From a virus (taxonomy: Duplodnaviria > Caudoviricetes): a stretch of 30,621 bases of DNA. Under the pieces are notes generated by a model, which made no database searches, had not been told where the DNA came from, and saw nothing but the letters and a program-made list of their open reading frames with translations. Of this stretch, positions 17,643-27,006 are shown one piece after another. The position numbers and the translations under genes are program-made. The stretch is taken from IMG/VR virus record IMGVR_UViG_3300043436_001222, positions 1 through 30,621 of that record; one strand, given 5' to 3'. Position 1 is the stretch's first letter, and each line of letters begins with the position of its first letter.

Positions 17643-17905
17643 GCGACATCAATCCAGATTACTACAAAAAAGGCGATAAGCAAGTATTTGAAATGATGCT
17701 CGACATCTGGGGCGTTGAGAAATACATTGCTTTTTGCGAGATGAATGCTTTTAAATACAGAATGAGACTGGGAGACAAACCAGACCAACCAGTCGAAAGG
17801 GATTTGGCCAAAGCTAAATGGTATGAAAATAAGGCCAAAGAACTTAGAGCAATAAATAAAAAAGAAACGCCAGTGATTAGACCATTAAGCGCATTTGATT
17901 TTTAA
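17639..17905 (+). CDS. DUF3310 (SaV/T7 gp1.7-like) protein
   Basis: INPDYY, NAFKYRMRLGDK and DLAKAKWY motifs. Confidence 0.8.
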   Translation: MSDINPDYYKKGDKQVFEMMLDIWGVEKYIAFCEMNAFKYRMRLGDKPDQPVERDLAKAKWYENKAKELRAINKKETPVIRPLSAFDF

Positions 17906-17916
17906 ACTATAAAACT

Positions 17917-18162
17917 ATGATAAAAGCAATATTAAATCTGTTTAAACCTAAAGTAAAGCCATTAACAGACAATTCAGAGTTTGAACAAGTTGAATGGGCA
18001 TTTCAGTTAAATAAAGATAAGCCGTTTTTATTAGCAACCGCAATTAACAATGAAAAGAGTTTAATTATTAAAGTAAGGAATAAAAAAAACTCTAATATTA
18101 TTTTTCGTGATGGCAAAGGAAATGAGTTTAAAATATTTGCAAGGCAAAGAACAGACAATTAA
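17917..18162 (+). CDS. Hypothetical protein
   Basis: 81 aa ORF with an A-rich leader. Confidence 0.55.
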   Translation: MIKAILNLFKPKVKPLTDNSEFEQVEWAFQLNKDKPFLLATAINNEKSLIIKVRNKKNSNIIFRDGKGNEFKIFARQRTDN

Positions 18163-18178
18163 CACTTGAAAATTAAAA

Positions 18179-18206
18179 GTCCAGTTTTTTAACGATTTAA
18201 CTGGAC
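18179..18206. repeat. 28-bp inverted repeat GTCCAGTT-N12-AACTGGAC
   Basis: Perfect 8-bp arms around an AT-rich centre, intergenic. Confidence 0.7.
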
Positions 18207-18272
18207 AAAGTGCATGAAACTTTACTAAAACATTTAACAAGAACCAAAAAAACAATTAACAAATTATATAAC

Positions 18273-18543
18273 TTAAACAACAAACAAAATGACACCAAAA
18301 GAAAAAGCAAACGAATTAGTAGATAAGTTTTATCAAAGATTTCCATTAACAATGGATGTAATTACAAGAAAAGGAGATTTGTCTTGGGAATATGATAATT
18401 GGGAACAAGCCAAACAATGTGCATTAATAGCAGTAGATGAGATATTGGATGCAATAGAACAAATATTTGAAACATTTGAGGAAAGAAAATATTGGGAAGA
18501 AGTTAAAAAAGAAATAGAAAACCTTTAAACAACAAACAAAATG
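18273..18543 (+). repeat. 19-bp direct repeats TTAAACAACAAACAAAATG flanking one gene
   Basis: Exact copies at 18273-18291 and 18525-18543, each ending in a start codon. Confidence 0.8.
18289..18528 (+). CDS. Hypothetical phage protein (MTPKEKA type)
   Basis: MTPKEKANELV...AKQCALIAVDEI...YWEEVKKEIE. Confidence 0.75.
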   Translation: MTPKEKANELVDKFYQRFPLTMDVITRKGDLSWEYDNWEQAKQCALIAVDEILDAIEQIFETFEERKYWEEVKKEIENL

Positions 18544-18741
18544 GGAAAAACAGCAGTCGATTGGATAGAAGATAAAATACAATCTGATATGACATTTATT
18601 GAAATTCTTGAGTTAATAAGACAAGCCAAAGAAATGGAGAAGCAACAAATCATCAATTGCTATAATCAATCGTGGCATTTTAGAGATAAGCCATACGAAA
18701 CAGCAGAAAAATACTACAACGAAACATTTGGAAAGATATAA
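18541..18741 (+). CDS. Hypothetical phage protein
   Basis: TAVDW...QAKEMEKQQII...YYNETF. Confidence 0.7.
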   Translation: MGKTAVDWIEDKIQSDMTFIEILELIRQAKEMEKQQIINCYNQSWHFRDKPYETAEKYYNETFGKI

Positions 18742-18997
18742 TATGACAAACAAAGAAAAATGTAAGCCTTTAGATTGACTTTGGAAAATAATATCTAAAT
18801 TTAGCCTTATAGTGGAAAAAAATAGGCGCAAAGCAAGAAAAATGGGCGCAATGGTGGAATAAATAATCTTTGTAGCTCAAAAGTGAGCCGCAAATATCCG
18901 CATTTATACGAATAATGAGCTTTAAAAAGGATAAATAATGTAATTTAGTGACTTTAATAACCAGTTAAGTGTCACAAGTTTTAAAATAATAGTGAAA

Positions 18998-19096
18998 ATG
19001 CAGAAGCACATCAAAGTATATTTCAATCACTATGGCTTAGACGAGCATTCGTTTATTGCCTGCGAAGTATGCAAAGCTAAAGCAGTGGACATTTAA
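18998..19096 (+). pseudogene. Truncated N-terminus of a small HNH-like protein
   Basis: MQKHIKVYFNHYGLDEHSFIACEVCKAKAVDI* stops where the HH of a CxxC...DIHH HNH motif is expected. Confidence 0.6.
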
Positions 19097-19107
19097 CATC
19101 TTTTTAT

Positions 19108-19115
19108 TATATTTG
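19108..19115 (+). promoter_or_regulatory. Bacteroidota-type -7 element (TATATTTG)
   Basis: Matches TAnnTTTG, 4 nt before the HNH ATG. Confidence 0.6.
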
Positions 19116-19119
19116 CAAT

Positions 19120-19845
19120 ATGAAATGTTTAAGTTGTCAAAAAGAAACAAAAAAGTGGGGACACTCGTTTGTTAAATATTGTAATATTCAATGCAAATTG
19201 GAATATCAAAAAAAAATCAATAAAACTCATTATGATAATATTGATTGCATTAATTGTGGTAAAAATTTTACACCAAAATCAAAAGTAAATAAATCTTGTT
19301 CAAAAAAATGCAATAATATAATAAAAGGCCAAAACAAAAGTAAAAAGCCAGATTTTAAAAAATGCAAGTTTTGTAAAAATGAATTTAAACCATATACATC
19401 ATTAGATAAGTTTTGTTCTGCAAATTGTAGAGTTAATGAAGTAAAAAGTAAAAGGTCAAGAAACTGGCAAAGTGTTCAAAATATACTTGGTTCTAAAAAT
19501 CCATCTTATAAACATGGTTTAACTTTATCTAAAGAATCAAAAAATAAAACATTAACTAAACAAAGAGAGTATTCTCGAATAAGAATAAATAAAATACAAA
19601 ACATGTTTCAATTGCATGGTTATTTATTTTGCGAAAAATGTAAAATATCAAATGTTAAACTGGAAACACATCATATTATATTTAGAAGCGAAAAGCCAAA
19701 TCATGAACACATGCACAATGAAAGAAATTTAATAACATTATGTGTTAAATGCCACAATTATTTTCATAAAGACAAAAAGGTTCGAAATTATTTAATTGAA
19801 GACAGAAATCTTAAAGAGTTGTTTGGGAATGATATTTTAAGATAA
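19120..19845 (+). CDS. HNH endonuclease with three N-terminal Cys4 zinc-finger repeats
   Basis: Three CxxC...CxxxC units, then CEKC, ETHHI, N and LCVKCH. Visibly more AT-rich than its flanks. Confidence 0.85.
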   Translation: MKCLSCQKETKKWGHSFVKYCNIQCKLEYQKKINKTHYDNIDCINCGKNFTPKSKVNKSCSKKCNNIIKGQNKSKKPDFKKCKFCKNEFKPYTSLDKFCSANCRVNEVKSKRSRNWQSVQNILGSKNPSYKHGLTLSKESKNKTLTKQREYSRIRINKIQNMFQLHGYLFCEKCKISNVKLETHHIIFRSEKPNHEHMHNERNLITLCVKCHNYFHKDKKVRNYLIEDRNLKELFGNDILR

Positions 19846-19849
19846 AAGA

Positions 19850-20182
19850 ATGGCTATTGGAATTGCACACATCAAACCTTTAAGTGTCAACAAAGCATGG
19901 CAAGGGAAACGATTTAAGTCTCCAGAGTACAAAGTTTATGAAACGCAAATGCTTTTGACACTAAAGCCAATGCAACTGCCAGAGCCGCCATACCAAATTG
20001 ACTTTGAGTTTGGATTCAGCAATAAAGCATCGGACATAGACAACCCAATGAAACCATTTTTGGATATATTGCAAAAAAAGTATAATTTTGATGACGCAAA
20101 CGTCTATAAAATAGTGATAGTGAAGACAATAGTTGCCAAAGGTAGCGAGTTTATAAAGTTCGAAATCAAATCACTAAGGTAA
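19850..20182 (+). CDS. rusA: RusA-family Holliday junction resolvase
   Basis: PLSVNKAW and SDIDNPMKPFLDIL...FDD motifs. Confidence 0.8.
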   Translation: MAIGIAHIKPLSVNKAWQGKRFKSPEYKVYETQMLLTLKPMQLPEPPYQIDFEFGFSNKASDIDNPMKPFLDILQKKYNFDDANVYKIVIVKTIVAKGSEFIKFEIKSLR

Positions 20183-20231
20183 ACGGCTGAATTTAAGTAA
20201 ATTATATCATTCAAATTTCACATTAATTGTC

Positions 20232-20624
20232 ATGAACATAAAAATAAGCGACAAAGAGTTTTTAGCAATACTGAGAGAGAACGCAGGACTATTTTCGAGG
20301 ACTGCAAAAGCTATTGAAAAGCAATTCAAAATTGATTACACGAGGCAAGCGGTCAGAGAGAGAGCATTAAAATTTCCAGAGGAACTAATTGACATCCGAG
20401 AACAAAACATTGATGTGGCCGAAGATGGATTGTTTAGTCTTATGAAGTCAGACAATGACAATGTAAAGATGCGAGCAATCGAATTATATTTGAAAACCAT
20501 TGGCAAAGCCAGAGGATATGTCGAAAAGGTCGAGCAACAAATTACTGGGGGCATGGACAACACATTAGAAATAAAGATTGTTAAAACCGAGTTCCCGATA
20601 AGGTCAACAGAAAACGATGTTTGA
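20232..20624 (+). CDS. terS: Terminase small subunit
   Basis: HTH-like N-terminus, DVAEDGL...YLKTIGKARGYVEK segment, directly upstream of terL. Confidence 0.75.
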   Translation: MNIKISDKEFLAILRENAGLFSRTAKAIEKQFKIDYTRQAVRERALKFPEELIDIREQNIDVAEDGLFSLMKSDNDNVKMRAIELYLKTIGKARGYVEKVEQQITGGMDNTLEIKIVKTEFPIRSTENDV

Positions 20625-21750
20625 AACAACTGAGTTATTTGAAGCTAATATAACGGCCGAGACTAAAATCATAATCAATCAAGGCGGGACATGGTCTGGA
20701 AAAACCTATTCTATTTTGCAGGCGCTTGCCTATTTTGCATTGACAGACCCAAACTCACTAATCACAATCGTTGGTCAAGACATCCCGAATCTTAAAGCGG
20801 GAGCGCTCAGAGACTTTCAAAATATCATTTCAGACAATCCAATTGTTGACGCCCAGATTAGCGACTATAATAAATCCGACAGAATTTACAAGTTTGTTAA
20901 TGGCTCAATGATTGAGTTTAAGTCTTATGATAATTCGCAGGATGCAAAGTCTGGAAAGCGAGACTATTTGTTTTTAAACGAGGCAAATGGAATTGACAGA
21001 CAGATTGCAAAGCAACTATTGCTAAGAACAAAGAAAAAAGCATTCATTGACTTTAATCCAGACGCAGAGTTCTGGGTGCATGAAGACTATTTGAACAATC
21101 CGACCGCAAAGTTTATTTATTCCGACCATAGAAACAATCCCTTTGTCCCGAATGAGAACAGAGCCGAAATTGAGGCGCTTAAAGACATCGACATTGAATT
21201 GTGGAAAGTCTATGCAAGGGGAATAACGGGACGCATTGAGGGGCTTATTTATCGCAATTGGACGATAGGAAATTCATTCCCAGAGGTTGATTATGTTTAC
21301 GGCTTAGACTTTGGATATAACCACCCCACGACACTGGTGAAATGTGGATGGGACGAAAACAAATTCTATTTAGAAGAGGTCATTTATGAAAGCGGATTGA
21401 CAACGGCTGACTTAATAGAGAAAATGCAGAAATTAAACATTGGACAAAAAGAAATATTTGCGGATGCTGCCAGACCAGACACAATCGAGGAACTTTATAG
21501 AGCGGGATTTAACGTCTTTAGCGCAGATAAATCGGTTAAAGATGGGATTAACACACTAAAGGCAAAGCCAATTGTTTTGGTTGACTCTCCAAATGGAGTC
21601 AAAGAGTTCAAAACGTATAAATGGAAAACAGATAAGAACGGCAAAGCAATTGACGAGCCAGTCAAGTTCAATGATGACTTTTGCGATGCTGCCAGATACG
21701 GCATTTTTAACGGCACAAAATCCCACACAAAAAAAATATCATGGTTTTAG
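20617..21750 (+). CDS. terL: Terminase large subunit (PBSX/SPP1-like)
   Basis: QGGTWSGKT (Walker A), LFLNEA (Walker B), DFNP, GLDFG and DDFCDAARY nuclease motifs. Confidence 0.95.
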   Translation: MFETTELFEANITAETKIIINQGGTWSGKTYSILQALAYFALTDPNSLITIVGQDIPNLKAGALRDFQNIISDNPIVDAQISDYNKSDRIYKFVNGSMIEFKSYDNSQDAKSGKRDYLFLNEANGIDRQIAKQLLLRTKKKAFIDFNPDAEFWVHEDYLNNPTAKFIYSDHRNNPFVPNENRAEIEALKDIDIELWKVYARGITGRIEGLIYRNWTIGNSFPEVDYVYGLDFGYNHPTTLVKCGWDENKFYLEEVIYESGLTTADLIEKMQKLNIGQKEIFADAARPDTIEELYRAGFNVFSADKSVKDGINTLKAKPIVLVDSPNGVKEFKTYKWKTDKNGKAIDEPVKFNDDFCDAARYGIFNGTKSHTKKISWF

Positions 21751-22475
21751 TTAACATCGACAAAGAATACCAATTCCCTACGCAATTGGACGAAATAACA
21801 TTGAGGCATTTTATCGACTTGCAAAACTTGTTGCATGAGGAAAAATACAACGAAGCGGTCATGCTTATGTCTGGAATCAGTGAGGACATTTACGACAAAA
21901 TTAGTTTGAACGGCAAATTGGAATTAACTGGGTTGGCTCAGATGTTAGTCAATGGCGAGATTCTTATGGTTGGCGAGCGATTAGATTTATACGAAATTAT
22001 GGCTTGTCCTATTGGACAATTTGAAGACTGGAAAGCAACCATTGCAGAGTTTAAAGATTGCGAGTGGAAAGCATTGCCATTTTTATGCTTGTTAGAAACT
22101 GGCGAGTATAACTATGACACCAGAACAAACAAGCGCTATTTAGAATATCTAAACTTGCCCGCATCTGTTGCACTTTTTTACCAAAACAAAGTGAATGAGC
22201 AATTTGCAGATGTTCACAATAAATTCTTACCTTTGTTTGAAAGCGAATTAGAGGACATTCAATTAGAAGCGGGAGTTCAAAGTCTTAATCAGTTTGGCGG
22301 TTATGGCACATTGGTGCAATTGGCAGATGGGATTTACAAAGACATTGAGGCAGTGAGCAAAACAAGCGTTGCGGAGGCATACACTTTTTTAACTTACAAG
22401 AAGATTGAAAGAACATATTTGCAGAACTTAGAAAAATTGAGACGTGAACAAATTAATCGAAATATTCAAGACTAA
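21741..22475 (+). CDS. Hypothetical protein, possible tail assembly chaperone
   Basis: 244 aa acidic helical ORF between terL and the tail genes. Function inferred from position only. Confidence 0.4.
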   Translation: MVLVNIDKEYQFPTQLDEITLRHFIDLQNLLHEEKYNEAVMLMSGISEDIYDKISLNGKLELTGLAQMLVNGEILMVGERLDLYEIMACPIGQFEDWKATIAEFKDCEWKALPFLCLLETGEYNYDTRTNKRYLEYLNLPASVALFYQNKVNEQFADVHNKFLPLFESELEDIQLEAGVQSLNQFGGYGTLVQLADGIYKDIEAVSKTSVAEAYTFLTYKKIERTYLQNLEKLRREQINRNIQD

Positions 22476-22887
22476 AGCCGAGCAGACTTATGCTTTCGGC
22501 AATGGAACGTTTAATGAATTGAACGCCCAGTCGAATATAAAATATCCGCTAATCTGGATGCTATTCCCTTTGAGTGTAACAAACAACTCGACAAATAACA
22601 TTATTGTGTCGCAGACTTATTCGTTTAGTTTACAATTTATCACATCGGGGTCGCTTAAGGATAAACAATCCCAAATGAATAACCATTTCGACCAATTGAA
22701 TAAAATCATGGTTGGATATATTCAGTCAATGCAAATTGAGAACGAAGATTTGGAAAGGGATGCAATGACATTTGGGCAAGCAACAATGATTAATAAAAAG
22801 CAGGACAATGTTCATTATGGTTGGTCGGTTGCGGTATCGGTAACGTTGCCAATTGATTCAAGTTTGTGTTGTGATTTATTCGCATGA
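22444..22887 (+). CDS. Putative tail terminator/completion protein
   Basis: 147 aa with YPLIW and a C-terminal GWSVAVSVTLP strand pattern. Confidence 0.5.
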   Translation: MNKLIEIFKTKAEQTYAFGNGTFNELNAQSNIKYPLIWMLFPLSVTNNSTNNIIVSQTYSFSLQFITSGSLKDKQSQMNNHFDQLNKIMVGYIQSMQIENEDLERDAMTFGQATMINKKQDNVHYGWSVAVSVTLPIDSSLCCDLFA

Positions 22888-23345
22888 TAGATTTAACGAA
22901 CACACTGGCGGAATTTAACAAGCTAAACGAGGCGCTTGTTGAGGCACTTGGCAAAGCAGGTTCATTGGCTGACTCGCATGAAGTTGTTTTGACTGCTGAA
23001 AATACCAGAAGTCAAGTTGCTATCATGGCAAATGATTATTGGTATTGGCAAAATTATGGCAGAGGGATTACAAAAGAGGGGAACGACCCTGCATTGGTTA
23101 GACCAAAGATTGATGAGTGGGTTAAAAAATTACCAGACTGGTACGCAAAAGATAAAAAAGACGGCTCAAAGGGCAAGAAATTAACAAAGGATGAGCAAGC
23201 GTTTTTGGTTACGAGAAAAATACATCGAGAGGGATATAAGGGGAATTTTTATGCAGATAAAACATGTCCACTATTTGAAGACGCAATAAACAAAGCAGTT
23301 TTAGAGGACATACAAAACTATTTTAACAATGAGTTTAACAATTGA
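22884..23345 (+). CDS. Putative neck/tail-completion protein (HK97 gp10-like)
   Basis: GSLADS, YW...GR, IDEWVK and AFLVTRKIHREG motifs. Confidence 0.55.
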   Translation: MIDLTNTLAEFNKLNEALVEALGKAGSLADSHEVVLTAENTRSQVAIMANDYWYWQNYGRGITKEGNDPALVRPKIDEWVKKLPDWYAKDKKDGSKGKKLTKDEQAFLVTRKIHREGYKGNFYADKTCPLFEDAINKAVLEDIQNYFNNEFNN

Positions 23346-23994
23346 AGTTGAGCCGTCAGTAAATACGGCCGTTTATAATCCAGTGCGATTCGAGTTTAAC
23401 TCGGACGTTACGTCTGACTATACAATCGGAGCAGAAACTGAGGGGGGTGATGGCTTTGTAAACAACAATGGCTATGTGCAAATTGATTTAAGTGCACCAC
23501 ATGGTTTATTAGTTGGCGATTTCATTAAGATTTCACAAAATTCGGGCGTTGAGGCATACAATGGCGTTTGGCTTGTTACGTCTGTCGTTGGCGATAGCTT
23601 TACAATCAATGCTCCTTATGTTAGTGCAGGCGATGGAAATAATATTTGGTATTATAAATATCTAAGAAACTACAATGCAGTGATTCGAGTATTTGGATTT
23701 AACTATTGCGACAATGGATTCGAGGAAATTGCAAAAATTACTTTAAAGCCAACGTTTGTTTTGGGCTACTGCTATTTCATTATTGATATTGCTGACATCT
23801 TAAAGGATTACAACTCTGAGTGCAACGTGGTTACAGATGTAATTTCTGGCGACTTGTTTCCTTTAATTAGTCCGCCAATTATCCAGAACAATTTAAAATC
23901 ATATATTAGATATTACATTTCTTATGCTGAGGGATTCGACAATCCAGTTGGAAACGAGGCTCAGTATGAAGAGACAACACCAAGCGACTTATAA
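23329..23994 (+). CDS. Putative tail structural protein
   Basis: AVYNPV N-terminus and a HGLLVGDFIKI...YNGVWLVT beta-barrel-like insert. Confidence 0.55.
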   Translation: MSLTIEVEPSVNTAVYNPVRFEFNSDVTSDYTIGAETEGGDGFVNNNGYVQIDLSAPHGLLVGDFIKISQNSGVEAYNGVWLVTSVVGDSFTINAPYVSAGDGNNIWYYKYLRNYNAVIRVFGFNYCDNGFEEIAKITLKPTFVLGYCYFIIDIADILKDYNSECNVVTDVISGDLFPLISPPIIQNNLKSYIRYYISYAEGFDNPVGNEAQYEETTPSDL

Positions 23995-23997
23995 GAT

Positions 23998-24801
23998 ATG
24001 CCAACAGAATATTATACATCAAACGCAGCGTTGCAATATAACGTAACAAATGATTTAACAGACTACATGTTAAACGATACTGGCGTAACTGGCAAGAAGT
24101 TTTTAACAGAAGCGCCATTGACTAAGATAATGCCAGAGAATGAATTGTCTGCGCTTTATTTTCTTTGTAACGATGGCAACTTTATTGCATCTGCTCAATA
24201 TACTTATTATGATGTTGATGGCAATACATTAGGACAAACAAGCAATGCTTTATATCCAACATTAACACTTTATCACAATGCCATCCCAGTTAATTGGATT
24301 GGTGCAGACCCTGCGGCGGTTAAAATGAGAGTCAGAATTATAAGAACTGCGGGCGGCGTTTCAATAACTGAGGAGCGTTTTTATATTAGAGACCAGAATC
24401 TTTATTGCAACGAGAAACAAGTCAACTGGTTAAACAAGTTGGGCGGATACGATAGTTTTATGTTCACTGCGGGTCAAGAAACTGCAATCAATGTGAGACG
24501 TGAAATACCAATTGAATTCAGTATGGCGACAAACTTTGAGTCTCCAAACAGAATCAATGGCTATCGCTCGCATTCGTCTATTGAGTCGCTAAGTTTAGCA
24601 ACCAGAGTTAACACCAAAGAAACGGCAAATTGGTTAAAAAGAGAATTGATTGACTCGATTGATGTTTACGTTGTTAACGATTTAACCTATGTGCCAGTGA
24701 ATGTGAAAAATTCGTCTGTTGCTTACGATACATTTTCAAAAGATTTTATCGTGAAATTTGAATTTGAGTATGCATTCCCAATTAACATCCAAACACGATA
24801 G
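23998..24801 (+). CDS. Putative distal tail protein
   Basis: WLNKLGGYDSFMF motif, directly before the large tail protein. Confidence 0.6.
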   Translation: MPTEYYTSNAALQYNVTNDLTDYMLNDTGVTGKKFLTEAPLTKIMPENELSALYFLCNDGNFIASAQYTYYDVDGNTLGQTSNALYPTLTLYHNAIPVNWIGADPAAVKMRVRIIRTAGGVSITEERFYIRDQNLYCNEKQVNWLNKLGGYDSFMFTAGQETAINVRREIPIEFSMATNFESPNRINGYRSHSSIESLSLATRVNTKETANWLKRELIDSIDVYVVNDLTYVPVNVKNSSVAYDTFSKDFIVKFEFEYAFPINIQTR

Positions 24802-27000
24802 ATGGAATATACTGAAATCATAATTGACGATTTATACCAATTGGAATTGGGCGACAAAGCCATTTTAATTCCGATGACTTATGAATTGATTGACATTAAA
24901 GATTTAAACAGACGTTCTGGTTCTAAGACAAAAACGATTGTTATTCCCAGAACGAAGCAGAATGACAAAATATTTGGATTTGCTTTCAATATCAATGCAA
25001 AAAACGCTTTTGATAAATACACTCAGAGAAAAATTCGCATCCAAAAAAATAGTCAAGTATTATTTAATGGCCTTTGTGTGCTTACAGAGGTAACAAATGA
25101 GACCATTTCGTTTTATGCCTTTGCTGAGTTAAGCAAATTAAAAGAGGTATTTGGGACAAGGTCTATAAATGATTTGAATCTGGATGACTTAGACCATACC
25201 TATGACGCAACAATCTTTGACACATGGAATGGGAATTATCCTGCGGGCGTTCCAGAGGATTATTTTTATCCATTTATTGACTATGGGCAATTTAATAATA
25301 GAAGTCCATTAAACAATCCAGAGGAAACAGACGTTTTTATTACAGACGTTTATCCTGCATTATATTTAAAGCGTGCAATTAATCAAATTTGCATTGACAA
25401 CGGCTATACATTAAAGACAACTTTCTTTGATGACTATAATACAAGCAAATTATTGATTCCATTTAGCAATGAACAATTTATCCATTCAAATAAATATCTA
25501 ATTAATACAGATGGCTTTTCTGGGACACGACCAGAAACGTCTCCTTATGCTTTGCCATCGAGTTTAATCCAATATACAATACCAATTACACAAGAAATAT
25601 CTGACCCATTATTTCAATTTGCATCTGACGAGTTTGTTTCAGCAAGTAGTCAATCAGTTGAGGTTAATATTTCTGGCTTTGTGGACACGTTGGGAACTTA
25701 TGGAGTTCCAAAAGTATTTGACATTAAACTCCAATACTATAATAGTGGGACGGCTACATGGTCGGATGTAATCGTTAAAGATTATGGACAGATTGCAAAT
25801 GCAGTTCCTTTTCAAATTAAAACAAGCATTAATTTATTCACTGGCGATAAACTAAGGTTTGTGGCGACCAGATATGCAGTTAAATCAATTGGCAGTGAGG
25901 TTTTAATTTATCCAAACGTTTACACCATTTATCCAAAAGACGTTAAGTTAAATATTGCGCAAGGGGAAATTGTGCAAATGTCTCCAAATTTACCAAACAT
26001 AAAGCAGTCAGATTTATTTCAATGGTGCTATAAAATGTTTAACTGGGTTATTGTTGTTGACGATAATAAAGGGCAAGTTCAAATAAGCACTTATGATTCA
26101 TTTTATCAAAATGGCGGTCAAAAAGACTTTAGTCAAAAATTAAGTTTGACACCAAATGCAACAATCAATTACCAACCGACCAATTTCTCTCGCAAATATG
26201 ATTTTAGATATAAGCATGACGAAAAAGACTATTGGTTAACCAGATATGATTTAAAACAAACAACCGACCAACCATACAAATATGGGGACGGCCAATATTA
26301 TTTAACACAACAAGGCGAGGCAACATTAATTGGCGAGGTTGGATTCTCTCCGACTATCATTGAAAAATCATGGAATGGCAATGACCCAGACTATATTTAT
26401 TTGCCGACAATGCTCGACATTGCAGAGCCAACAATTTTAAACACTCAGCATGAGCCGAGAATTTTAATAAATGGAGGTCTAACAACGATTGATATTTTAT
26501 CGGATGGATTATATTCTGTTTTAAACGTTGAGGGAGTTGGCAATGTTTCAGATTTACCATTGTGCTATTTCCAGAAAAAAAAATATAACGAGGACGGCAT
26601 TGACGCATTTGAATTAAATCTGGCATTTAACACGCCAAATGAGGTTTTAAACATGCCCAAAAATTTAGTTGACACATATTACAAGTCAGCAATTGACTCG
26701 CTTTCGGTTTCTGCGCAAGTTACTGCATATTTTAAATTGAGTAGTAAAGACATTACAGAATTAGATTTTGCAGAACTCTGGTATATTTCGTATTTTAGTG
26801 CGATTTTTAGACTTAACAGAATTGTGGACTATAATCCAAACTCTTTAGGTCTAACAAAGGTTGAATTAATTAACGTTGGCGTCTTAGATAGAACGATTGA
26901 CACATTTGGAGCAATAGAACCAGTGGCAGATTTTACATATTTGGACACTGAAATTTTAGAAGATATAATAACTGAAAATAATAACGACATAATAATTTAA
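24802..27000 (+). CDS. Large tail tip/hub protein
   Basis: 732 aa. SKTKTIVIPRTKQNDKIF, YPFIDYG, PALYLK, LPNIKQSDL and TKVELI segments are typical of Bacteroidota siphovirus tail proteins. Confidence 0.65.
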   Translation: MEYTEIIIDDLYQLELGDKAILIPMTYELIDIKDLNRRSGSKTKTIVIPRTKQNDKIFGFAFNINAKNAFDKYTQRKIRIQKNSQVLFNGLCVLTEVTNETISFYAFAELSKLKEVFGTRSINDLNLDDLDHTYDATIFDTWNGNYPAGVPEDYFYPFIDYGQFNNRSPLNNPEETDVFITDVYPALYLKRAINQICIDNGYTLKTTFFDDYNTSKLLIPFSNEQFIHSNKYLINTDGFSGTRPETSPYALPSSLIQYTIPITQEISDPLFQFASDEFVSASSQSVEVNISGFVDTLGTYGVPKVFDIKLQYYNSGTATWSDVIVKDYGQIANAVPFQIKTSINLFTGDKLRFVATRYAVKSIGSEVLIYPNVYTIYPKDVKLNIAQGEIVQMSPNLPNIKQSDLFQWCYKMFNWVIVVDDNKGQVQISTYDSFYQNGGQKDFSQKLSLTPNATINYQPTNFSRKYDFRYKHDEKDYWLTRYDLKQTTDQPYKYGDGQYYLTQQGEATLIGEVGFSPTIIEKSWNGNDPDYIYLPTMLDIAEPTILNTQHEPRILINGGLTTIDILSDGLYSVLNVEGVGNVSDLPLCYFQKKKYNEDGIDAFELNLAFNTPNEVLNMPKNLVDTYYKSAIDSLSVSAQVTAYFKLSSKDITELDFAELWYISYFSAIFRLNRIVDYNPNSLGLTKVELINVGVLDRTIDTFGAIEPVADFTYLDTEILEDIITENNNDIII

Positions 27001-27006
27001 AAAAAA

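Noticed and set aside
19096-19850. Group I intron carrying the HNH
   Set aside because: There is almost no non-coding sequence for a ribozyme core and no downstream exon was seen.
21741-22475. Programmed frameshift of a tail assembly chaperone
   Set aside because: No convincing slippery site with an overlapping second frame, and the gene is not between tube and tape measure.
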